Made by a program: the position numbers and the translations under genes. The notes under the pieces are model-generated. The model saw only the letters and a list, made by a program, of their open reading frames with translations. It did no database searches and was not told the DNA's origin. Of a DNA stretch of 64,000 nt, positions 56,424 through 64,000 are shown in pieces. Position 1 is the first letter of the stretch. Each line of letters opens with the position of its first letter. The DNA comes from Vicinamibacterales bacterium (GTDB taxonomy: Bacteria > Acidobacteriota > Vicinamibacteria > Vicinamibacterales > UBA8438): NCBI GenBank assembly GCA_965262925.1, contig CBDHGC010000003.1, positions 1,551,907 through 1,615,906 on the forward strand, given 5' to 3'.

Positions 56424-57203
56424 CCGGCATCTGTCCAATTCGTCGATAATCGCGATCAGAGGCAGGCCTTGCTTGGATTCCGCAAGCTCTGCCGCCAATT
56501 CCCCGAGCGAAGCCTTGAAGGTCTGAAGCGAGGTCTTCGCGTTCAGGTATTCTGAGAGCCGCTTTTGAGCGAGGGCCGCGAGCGCGTGCCCGACTTCCTT
56601 TTCCATCATTGGACCGAGATCCACCAGCCCTGCGGTTGCCAGCCGAATGAATCCTGGGATCGCCAGCCTGAGGACTTCTTTCGCCGCCTTCTTCACCTTC
56701 TCGATCTTGTCGCCGAGTGGACCGACTGTGTATTCGCGCACCCCGTCGGTCAGCTCTTCGGAAAGCGCAAGGAACGGGTCGCCCGTGAAGTCGGTATCCC
56801 ATGCATTGAACTCCACCACCGGGAACTCCTGGTTCCGCAAGTGTCGTGCAAGCATCTTCAGGAAGGTCGTCTTGCCGGCGCCCCACTGCGCGTCGACGGC
56901 CAGAACGCACGGTCCCTCGACGAAACGCAGCACTTGCGTCAGAACCTCTGCGGGTTCCTGCCGTTCGAGCAGATCGTTCTTGAACGGCTCGTCCGCGGGT
57001 ATCTCGACTTCCTTCGGTTGAATGCGGAATCCCATGTTCGTGCTTCAGATTGTCGCGCAGTCGTACGCCGTCACAAGGTGCATGGCTCGAGTCGAGGTCT
57101 CCAGTCGACCAGCGTTGTCCGACCGAACGCGCACACGGCAGGACGCGTTCATTCGGGAACCAGCGGGCGAAACTCCGGCGCGGTCGTCGGATCGTGCTGC
57201 TTC

Positions 57204-57229
57204 CGCGCCCGGCAGCGTGATTCTACTCT
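57204..57229 (-). promoter_or_regulatory. second copy of the 26-nt promoter-like motif, upstream of the KAP NTPase gene
   Basis: The minus strand reads AGAGTAGAATCACGCTGCCGGGCGCG. TAGAAT is at 57225-57220, ~185 nt upstream of ATG 57035. Confidence 0.3.
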
Positions 57230-57353
57230 TGCGTTGCGCCAGCGCGATCGAGCGAGCAGGCCGCCGCGGGGCGGTCATCGTTCGGGGCACCGGTGTCCCG
57301 GAGTATCTGGTGGCCGGGCACGGGCGCAGCCGCGGCCGCGGCCGCGACCGCGG

Positions 57354-58916
57354 TCATGGTGTGGGGCAGGTGACGGTGTCGAATGTCGTGACGTCCCGCG
57401 ACTCCGCGCTGATCTCCACGCCGATCAGGTGCACGGTGCGGCCCGGCGCGCGGTACTTGTCCGCGTAGCCGCGTGCCTGCAACTGCGCCAGCGCAGCGCC
57501 TGCCTCCGAGCGCTCCGCTATTTTGAACTCGAACAGGTAGGCATCTTCTCCCAGACGCACCGCCAGATCCAGCCGGCCGCGGCTGGTGGCGTCCTCCACC
57601 GCCACCCCATCGAGCGACGCCTGGAACCAGGCGTAGAACACGCTCGACCAGTAACCCTCGTAGCGGGCGATCTCGTTTCGCCGGTGCCAGTCGTGCGGGA
57701 TGCCCGCCAGCAACCGCCGGCACAGCGCCTCCAGGCCCGTCCAGTCCTTCGCCGCCAGTAGCCGGCGGAGCGCGCCGCCATCTCCCGCCGGCCGCCGCCA
57801 GTTCGGCGCCAGCGCGTCCAGCAGGCTCTCGTTCAGTCCCTGCCGGACCTCGCGGTTCGGATAGCGCAGGCGGTACCGAGGAGAGCCGTCCAGGTCCTCC
57901 GCTTCCGCGATCGTCAGGTAGCCGGTCTGGAACAGCAGCGCCTCGGGGGCGATGCGGTCCACGTCGAAGGACGACAGCAGTGCCTCGCTGGCGCGAACGG
58001 TATCGAGGTCCGGGGCGGAGAAGCCGCGCCGGAGGAGCGTATCGATCAGGAACCGCGGCGTCGCCGTTTCGAACCAGTGCGCCTTGAACGCGCGGCTGCG
58101 GAACAGCATGAGGATGCCGAAGGGGTTGTAGACCTTGTCCGTCCCCAGCCAGTTGTAGCCGTTGTACCAGGTGCGGATCTGATCGCGATCCAGGCCCGGC
58201 AGTTCCGGTGCGAACACCGTGTCCAGGTCCTTCTCGGTGTAGCCGCAGATCGTCGAGTACGCCGGGTCCAGGGTAATGTCGATGAGGTTGTTCAAGTCGG
58301 AGAACAGGTTGACCTTCGAGAACTTGCTCACCCCGGTGAGGAAGGTGAGCTCCACGTGGGCGTCGCAGTCCTTGATCGTGCCGTACAGTCCGCGCAGGTC
58401 GTCACGGTTCGCCGTCGCGATATCCGGTTCGTCCAGAGCGTCCAGAATCGGTTTGTCGTACTCGTCCACCAGCACGACCACCCGCCGGCCTGTCTGGCGG
58501 TGCAGCGCAGCCAGGAGGCGGGCGAAGCGCCTCGGCACGGTCGCGCCCTCGGCAACGGGCGCCTCGGTCTCGCGTTCGATGTCGGCCAACTGTTCCGCCA
58601 CGCTCGCCAGCAGCTCGTCCCGCCTCCTGAAGTTGCCGGCCGCGAAGCTCAGGCGCACGACAGGATGGCGCGCAGACCAGTCCCAACCGTCGTGAACGGT
58701 CAGGTCCCGGAACAGCGGCTCGTTCCCCTCGTACAGCTCCTTGAGAGTGTCCACGAACAGGCTCTTGCCGAAGCGCCGCGGGCGCGACAGGAAATAGTGC
58801 TTGCCGGCGTCGTCCGCGAGCCGGCGGGCGTAGGCTGTCTTGTCGACGTAGTAGTAGCCCTCCTCCCGGATCTGGCGGAAGGTCTGGATGCCGACGGGGA
58901 GCCTGCGCCTGTCCAC
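57354..58916 (-). CDS. AAA-ATPase_like domain + PD-(D/E)XK nuclease (PDDEXK_9-type) protein
   Basis: 520 aa. The N-terminus is MDRRRLPVGIQTFRQIREEGYYYVDKTAYARRLADDAGKHYFLSRPRRFGKSLFVDTL. The C-terminal part reads ..GRLDLAVRLGEDAYLFEFKIA. Confidence 0.82.
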   Translation of the reverse strand: MDRRRLPVGIQTFRQIREEGYYYVDKTAYARRLADDAGKHYFLSRPRRFGKSLFVDTLKELYEGNEPLFRDLTVHDGWDWSARHPVVRLSFAAGNFRRRDELLASVAEQLADIERETEAPVAEGATVPRRFARLLAALHRQTGRRVVVLVDEYDKPILDALDEPDIATANRDDLRGLYGTIKDCDAHVELTFLTGVSKFSKVNLFSDLNNLIDITLDPAYSTICGYTEKDLDTVFAPELPGLDRDQIRTWYNGYNWLGTDKVYNPFGILMLFRSRAFKAHWFETATPRFLIDTLLRRGFSAPDLDTVRASEALLSSFDVDRIAPEALLFQTGYLTIAEAEDLDGSPRYRLRYPNREVRQGLNESLLDALAPNWRRPAGDGGALRRLLAAKDWTGLEALCRRLLAGIPHDWHRRNEIARYEGYWSSVFYAWFQASLDGVAVEDATSRGRLDLAVRLGEDAYLFEFKIAERSEAGAALAQLQARGYADKYRAPGRTVHLIGVEISAESRDVTTFDTVTCPTP

Positions 58917-59131
58917 GGCTGCATGATACGCCGTCGAACCGGGTCACTCGTCCTTCGGTTCCTCGTGGTGCTCTCTGTAGGAAGCCCTCTGGATCTTCAT
59001 CCGGCGCTTGTTGCGGCAGGTCCCTCCGGATCAGCGTACATAGTCGGTCGTGAGTCCCTGCATCATCGACGAATCCTCCGAGTCCCGGACAGAAGAACTG
59101 TTGTGACGAACCCATCCGGCTGCTGTACCCG

Positions 59132-59458
59132 TCAATCGCCGAGGTAGAGAGCCATGGCCGCGTCCAGGCGCGTCATGAACGGGCTCGACGCAATGCCGAT
59201 GAACCCCGCCAGCCGGGCCTTCGACACCTGACGGATTCCGGGCAGTACGGCGAACGCGGCCTTTCCGCGCACGTTGTCGGTCCTGATGCGAAGCGGCCGG
59301 ATCTCGTCCCCAATCGTTGAAAGAGGAACGACGACGACGCTGTCAAGAACTTCGTTGTGTGCCGTGCTGGAAACGATCAGACCGGGCCTGGTCTTCCCGA
59401 ACTCCGGCGGCGAGGTGGAGCCGAGGTTGATCCAGAACAATGAACCTCGGGTCGTCAC
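59132..59458 (-). CDS. mazF: MazF/PemK-family toxin
   Basis: 108 aa: GSLFWINLGSTSPPEFGKTRPGLIVSS..VVVVPLST..IRQVSKARL. It overlaps the upstream antitoxin gene by 4 nt. Confidence 0.82.
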   Translation of the reverse strand: MTTRGSLFWINLGSTSPPEFGKTRPGLIVSSTAHNEVLDSVVVVPLSTIGDEIRPLRIRTDNVRGKAAFAVLPGIRQVSKARLAGFIGIASSPFMTRLDAAMALYLGD

Positions 59459-59703
59459 GCCTCCGGCCCTCGCTTGGGGGGCGCGGCCAAGTCAACGCCA
59501 TCCCACTCGGACAGCCACGCCTGCTCTTCCGGGTGAGCGTCGATGAAGGCTCTGAAGGCTGTGCCGGCGTCTCGTGCTTGCCGCCTTTCCAGGTCCTTCT
59601 GCAGCACCCGCCGAACATGGGCCGAGAGACTGCGGTCCGCCGGCTTGACGGCTTCGATGTTCTCGAGGAGTTCACCCTCTAGCTTGATAGTAGTCGCTCT
59701 CAT
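59455..59703 (-). CDS. ribbon-helix-helix antitoxin partner of the MazF-like toxin
   Basis: 82 aa, MRATTIKLEGELLENIEAVKPADRSLSAHVRRVLQKDL.. This is a CopG/RHH-like N-terminus. It is small and sits upstream of the toxin gene. Confidence 0.7.
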   Translation of the reverse strand: MRATTIKLEGELLENIEAVKPADRSLSAHVRRVLQKDLERRQARDAGTAFRAFIDAHPEEQAWLSEWDGVDLAAPPKRGPEA

Positions 59704-60045
59704 GCGTGAAGCCTACCGACTCAGCATGATTCGATCAATCCGGACTCACAGCCGGGCATTCCACAGCGCGGCGAGGAAGAACTCCAGTGGCCAGATCTCG
59801 ATACCGTCCTCGATCCGCGGGCGGTCCTCGCGGCAGACGACGATGGATCTCTCGACGAGCCGCTCCTCGGCCAGCGCCCGCAGACTTCGCAGGTGCTTCT
59901 GCTGGACGCGACGTGTCGACTGGGCCTCGATCGCGACGCGGTCGTCGAGGATGAAATCGACCTCGTAGCCGGAGCGCGAGCGCCAGTACGCTAGCAGCCC
60001 GTGGAACAAGGTTGTCGGCGGCCTGACACCGGTTGAGGGGGTGCG

Positions 60046-61650
60046 GATCTGGAAGTGTAACATGGGGTTTGAGCCGGCCAGCGGCTTTTCCAAGCTCACG
60101 CCGCCTCAAGATGAAGCATGGACCGTTTCAGCCCCCACACCCGCCTCAGGCGCTCCCAGCAGCCCCGCCAGCGCCCGATCAGACCGTAAATCGCCGACAA
60201 AGCCCGCCCCTGCAGGCTCCGGGGCGTACCAACGCCGGTCTGCCGGCGCAGGAGCAGCCCGATGTTGCAGGCGGCCGCCTGGAGCAGCACGCGCTTGCGG
60301 ACATTGTCGTGGCCGCGCACCCAGACGCGACGCATACCGCCCGTCTCATACATGTGCGCGAAAGTACGCTCCACCACTTCGCCTCGGCGGCGTTGCAGGC
60401 GACGACCCCGCCGCCCCCGCACACGCCGGCGGTTCGCATACAACGCTTTCTGCGCAGCACGCTTCTCCGGCGGCGTCTCGCCCGTCTTCTTGTCCTGCCA
60501 GCAGCGACGGCCGCGCTCCGGCTCCGATACGTGACTCCGAACCCCTACCTCGCCGAGCCCCACCAACGTCTCGTCGCTGTGATAGCCCTTGTCGGCCACC
60601 ACCTCTTCGACCCCCGCGCCCTCCGGCTGCACCGCTTCAACCTGTTCGGCCGCCATGATCAGCGTCTCCGGCAGCGTGGCCGTATCACCGTCCGATGCAT
60701 CCTGCACCGTCACCGAGACGATGGCGCCCGTGTCCATGTCGACCCCGTGCTCGGCCTTGTGAGCCAAGTGCGTCCGACCGTCCTTCATCTTCGCGATCTT
60801 CGCGTCAGGATCCTGCGGCGATTTCCACTCCTTGTTCGACGTCTTCTTGTTCTTCCGAGACCGGTCGAACCGAGCCAGCTCCGCCCGCGTCGGCGTCTCC
60901 ACACCCGACGCTTCCGCCAACCGACGAATGAACGCCTCGTAGGATTCGCCCGTGTCCCGACGCTCGATGCTCCGCATCGCCGCGTTCGCTTCCAGCGTCG
61001 TCGCATCGATGCCGACCGTCTTCCCGACGACCAGACCCGCTTCAGACAGGCGCTCCAGAACCCACGTGAAGACCGCCTCGTGCGTCTCCACGTCGATCAA
61101 CCGGCGCGTCCGCGACAACGTCGAGTGATCCGGCGCCGACTCGGTCAACTCCAGGTCCAGGAACGACCGCAGGCTCAGTGAATCGGCCACCCGCCACGCA
61201 ATCCCCCGCTCCGAAGACAGGCCCTCGAAGTAGCCGATCAACAGCATCCGGAAATACCGCCCAGGACGCAGACTCGGCCGTCCCATCCGCGCCGCGTAGA
61301 AGGCCGAGCACAACCCTTCCACGAACGCGTCGAACCCGCAGTCCTCCAGGACCCGATTCAGGCGCTCAAAGAAGGGATGACCGTCGCTCGTCGGAAGGTC
61401 CGCCGTTTCCACCCACAGCGGCGACGCTTGGCGCGCCACCGGTCTCTTGCCCATCGCCATGCCGTGCAGTCTACGGGGTTCGGCCGCGCCGGGGCCAGGC
61501 CGAATCCGCGACTTTTGCCACGGGCTGCTAGTGTGCCGTCCCGGAGACACATGACATAATTCGGTCTGCACCTTGGTGAGGAATCAATGGCGTCTCCGCG
61601 GCCCTAAACGGCGAGGATTTCTGCATCGAACTTGAGAGGCAGGACACTAG
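60046..61650 (-). mobile_element. IS5-family (IS1182-group-like) insertion sequence, ~1.6 kb, flanked by a 9-bp direct repeat
   Basis: GGGGGTGCG occurs at 60037-60045 and 61651-61659. Deleting 60037..61650 restores the ATPase reading frame. I could not identify clear terminal inverted repeats, so the ends are accurate only to a few nt. Confidence 0.7.
60096..61460 (-). CDS. IS5/IS1182-family DDE transposase
   Basis: The N-terminal transposase domain is MGRPSLRPGRYFRMLLIGYFEGLSSERGIAWRVADSLSLRSFL. Other motifs: VGIDATTLEANA, VVADKGYHS, VERTFAHMYETGGMRRVWVRGHDNVRKRVLLQAAACNIGLL. The start is chosen at ATG 61460. Confidence 0.82.
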   Translation of the reverse strand: MAMGKRPVARQASPLWVETADLPTSDGHPFFERLNRVLEDCGFDAFVEGLCSAFYAARMGRPSLRPGRYFRMLLIGYFEGLSSERGIAWRVADSLSLRSFLDLELTESAPDHSTLSRTRRLIDVETHEAVFTWVLERLSEAGLVVGKTVGIDATTLEANAAMRSIERRDTGESYEAFIRRLAEASGVETPTRAELARFDRSRKNKKTSNKEWKSPQDPDAKIAKMKDGRTHLAHKAEHGVDMDTGAIVSVTVQDASDGDTATLPETLIMAAEQVEAVQPEGAGVEEVVADKGYHSDETLVGLGEVGVRSHVSEPERGRRCWQDKKTGETPPEKRAAQKALYANRRRVRGRRGRRLQRRRGEVVERTFAHMYETGGMRRVWVRGHDNVRKRVLLQAAACNIGLLLRRQTGVGTPRSLQGRALSAIYGLIGRWRGCWERLRRVWGLKRSMLHLEAA

Positions 61651-62653
61651 GGGGGTGCGCGGCTTCCGGTAGTCGATCCAGGTGCGGAGCTCCATCATCA
61701 GGTAATGCTCGAAGAACTCGCCGAAGTCGGCTGACGCCTCACTGACGCGCGGGAGCCGGCGCAGCGCGCGGACCACGCCGGTGTCGAAGAAGTAGAACTT
61801 CGCGGTCTCGACCGCTTTGCGCTTGACGGTGCGGGACCAGGACGGCAGTTCGAACGCGAGGAGCGTGTCACGCAGCACCTCGTACCACTGGACGACGGTT
61901 TGACGCGGCACCTGCGCGTCCCGCGCGACGTTGGAGTAGTTGATCATCTCGGCATTGGTGAGCGCCGCAGTCTGGAGGAAGCGGGCGAACCGCGGCAGGT
62001 TGCGGGCGAGGCCCTCGGCGGCGATCTCCTCGGTCAGGTAGCGGTCGACGTACGACGCGAGTCCCTCGTCCGGATCGTCGGAGAGGTAGTGCGGCGGGAG
62101 GAGGCCATGGTTGATGGCCCGGTCGAGCGAGAAGCGTCGGCCGAGTTCGAACCACGAGAACGGGTGCATGACGCGGTCGCTGCCGCGTCCCCGAGCATGT
62201 TGACGCCCTTGCGCTTGAGGGATCGTGCGCTCGACCCGGTGAGGAGAAAGCGGATGCCGCGCTCCTCGATCATCAGGTGCACTTCGTCCATGAGCGTCGG
62301 GCACTTCTGGATCTCGTCGATGCAGATCACCGTGTCGCGCAGGTCGCGGGCCTCGATCTCCTGCCGGATGCGCGTGGGGTCGGCCAGAACAGCGGTGTAC
62401 AGCCCCTGGTCGAGCAGCGAGAGACTCAGCGTGACCGTGTCGGCGAGCTGTTGCCGGACGTAGGTGGACTTCCCCGTCTGCCGTGGCCCGAACAGGAGCA
62501 CGGAGCGCCGCGCCAGCAGGCGCTCCAGGTCGAGGCAGCGTGGGATGAATGTCTCGGTGTCACCAGACATGGCAGTTGTCATGATAATCGCCATGTCTGA
62601 TGGCATCAACGCCGTAGCGCATGCACTGGCGCAGCGATCCGCGTGTGTCCTAC

Positions 62654-64000
62654 TTACGGCGCCTCGGCCGCGAAGCCCTCGTAGATCCGCCGCGCCTCGT
62701 CGAACTGCGCGAAGACGTGCGCCCGCTCGCGGTCGGACCGCCAGCCGGGCCATGCGTCGGCCATCGCGCGGAGCCTGTCGATCCAGCGCATGCCGTACTC
62801 CGCGGCGTCCGCGTCGCGGATCGGCTGCTCGCCGACCGTGATCCAGATCGGGTTCGTGAACGCCTGCGCGTAGCGGACGTCGAGCGGCGAGCGCTCGTCC
62901 GGGTGTCCCTCGGCCCGCAGATGGCACCAGCCGCTGCGGTCGATCTGAACGTCGATGTCGAACGCGGCGCTCCGCCGGTCGGCGCTCAGCGGAATGTCGG
63001 CGCGCTCTTCGCCCCGGCAGACGACGAACGCCCGTTCCAGCGGGGTGATCGACTCGACGCGGCCGGCCAGTGCGACGGTGCCGCCGCCCGCGGGGAGCGC
63101 GACCGTCTCACCGGCCATGCGTCCGTTCGCGGTCAGCTCGACGAGAGGACCCGACGAGACGAACGCGCGTCCCTCGCGGAGTCCCTCGAACCACGCCTCC
63201 ATGTCCAGCCCGCGGCCGCCGGTGTGCACGTAGGTGCGCACGGAGCCGACGATCTTCATCTTGTGCAGGTTGCTGATGGAGTCCTCGCCGCCGGTGGCGG
63301 TCACCCGCAGCCCGTTGTTCCAGGTGGCGTAGACCGGGAAGAATCCGGCCCGGGCAGAGTCGGACCACTCCACGGCGTCGGTCGTGCCGAGCGCGGCGTC
63401 CACCATGAATCCCTTGCCCCCGCCCAGATTGCCGTCCAGCGGATCCGCCTCGCCGCCGAACGCGTGCACGTAGCCGACCGTGGCGCCCTGCGCCTTCGCC
63501 TTCCGGAACATGTCGGTGTTGCTCGGGTAGAGGCTCTCGATGGCGGTTCCCTCGTAGCCCATCGTGAAGGGGGACAGGAGGTGGTCGCGCATCCCGAACA
63601 TGAAGACGTGCCCGTAGAACGGCGGCCGGTACTCCTGGCCGACCACGACCAGGTGTTCCGGTGTCGACGCCGGATGCGGGCCGCCGCCGCGCACGAAGAA
63701 CTGGTGGTCGAGGATGCGGTTGTCCTTGTTGGCGACCTGTTCGTTGACGACGTCCTGATCCTCGGCCGCCGACATCATCACGAGGTTCTCGAGCGTGTTG
63801 TGCAGGTTGCCGCCGTAGTTCATGTGGACGTGCGTCGAGCCGCTGTACCAACCCTTGGCCGCCATGTCGGTCATGCGGCGCAGATCGACGGTGAGCTCGG
63901 CCACCTCGCCCGCCCCGACCTCCACCGCCACCTCCTGCGGCCGGTACTCGAAGCCCTTGACCACGGTCAGCTCCGAGCGCCCCGCGGGCACCTCCACCGT
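62654..64000 (-). CDS. CehA/McbA-like (PHP-type) metallohydrolase (partial; N-terminus beyond window end)
   Basis: The frame is open to the window edge. Motifs: GWYSGSTHVHMNYGG, VGYVHAFGG, TGGEDSISN. Confidence 0.7.
   Translation of the reverse strand, partial: TVEVPAGRSELTVVKGFEYRPQEVAVEVGAGEVAELTVDLRRMTDMAAKGWYSGSTHVHMNYGGNLHNTLENLVMMSAAEDQDVVNEQVANKDNRILDHQFFVRGGGPHPASTPEHLVVVGQEYRPPFYGHVFMFGMRDHLLSPFTMGYEGTAIESLYPSNTDMFRKAKAQGATVGYVHAFGGEADPLDGNLGGGKGFMVDAALGTTDAVEWSDSARAGFFPVYATWNNGLRVTATGGEDSISNLHKMKIVGSVRTYVHTGGRGLDMEAWFEGLREGRAFVSSGPLVELTANGRMAGETVALPAGGGTVALAGRVESITPLERAFVVCRGEERADIPLSADRRSAAFDIDVQIDRSGWCHLRAEGHPDERSPLDVRYAQAFTNPIWITVGEQPIRDADAAEYGMRWIDRLRAMADAWPGWRSDRERAHVFAQFDEARRIYEGFAAEAP

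Larger units (their letters stand above)
53963..57035 (-). pseudogene. KAP-family P-loop NTPase split by an ISKra4-like insertion
   Basis: The 5' part (56424..57035) reads ..LAVDAQWGAGKTTFLKML..LIAIIDELDRCR. The 3' part (53963..54823) reads PSYAVELLETAKHFFSVDGVVFVLAVNRSQL... Removing 54824..56423 (the IS plus one 8-bp repeat) restores a continuous 490-codon frame (612+861 nt). Confidence 0.85.
59746..62593 (-). pseudogene. DUF4143-type AAA ATPase split by an IS5/IS1182-like element and carrying a frameshift near 62189-62192
   Basis: The 5' part reads MSGDTETFIPRCLDLERLLARRSVLLFGPRQTGKST..VICIDEIQK..FLLTGSSARSLKRKGVNMLG. After a frame change it reads GRGSDRVMHPFSWFELG..FYFFDTGV..ELRTWIDYRKPRTP. 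The 3' part (59746..60036) reads ..LAYWRSRSGYEVDFILDDRVAIEAQS... The start is ambiguous (62569, 62581 or 62593). Confidence 0.8.

Noticed and set aside
58917-59131. The 215-bp gap between the PD-(D/E)XK ATPase and mazF contains short ORFs (for example MKIQRASYREHHEEPKDE on the minus strand).
   Set aside because: They are too short and motif-free to support as genes.

Overview
This is a 64-kb, very GC-rich bacterial window (GC judged by eye, not computed). All calls come from reading the translations and DNA. No database or HMM search was run, so family names are motif-level recognitions.

A PadR regulator translationally coupled to a duplicated FtsX-type 'ADOP' permease suggests Acidobacteriota.

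**Content.** Ordinary metabolic and housekeeping genes include:
- acetyl-CoA synthetase, malate synthase G and a GNAT
- exonuclease III and a class-I aminotransferase
- amidohydrolase, PfkB kinase and an MBL hydrolase
- a GT4 glycosyltransferase plus an FkbM methyltransferase
- a TonB-dependent receptor and PQQ-propeller dehydrogenases

These are interleaved with a large accessory and decaying fraction:
- three different, apparently intact IS elements (IS1634-like, ISKra4-like, IS5/IS1182-like)
- toxin-antitoxin modules: VapBC, Xre/DUF2384-RES, MazEF-like and an orphan HicB
- defence-type genes: an Abi_C/HEPN protein, two tandem TIR-only genes, a KAP P-loop NTPase, an AAA-ATPase_like+PD-(D/E)XK protein and DUF4143 AAA ATPases
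- many gene fragments

**Most interesting signals.**
1. A 20-bp perfect direct repeat brackets a 2.7-kb single-gene segment in the 3' end of a methyltransferase gene. A ~57-64-nt hairpin-containing junction repeat recurs at two or three other ORF-truncation boundaries. Together they look like an att-like signature of small non-autonomous integrative elements.
2. A 2.4-kb mosaic consists only of gene fragments.
3. Standalone-NTPase genes are disrupted repeatedly and cleanly by IS elements and by internal deletions.
4. Frameshifts and in-frame stops are confined to accessory genes.
5. Two quinoprotein architectures are unusual: PQQ-propeller-cupredoxin and N-terminal cytochrome c-PQQ-propeller.
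6. A TonB receptor carries two long His/Asp/Glu-rich inserts.

I did not find one clean, intact operon that I can defend as a new system. The candidates are flagged with their uncertainties. No rRNA, tRNA or CRISPR array was seen.
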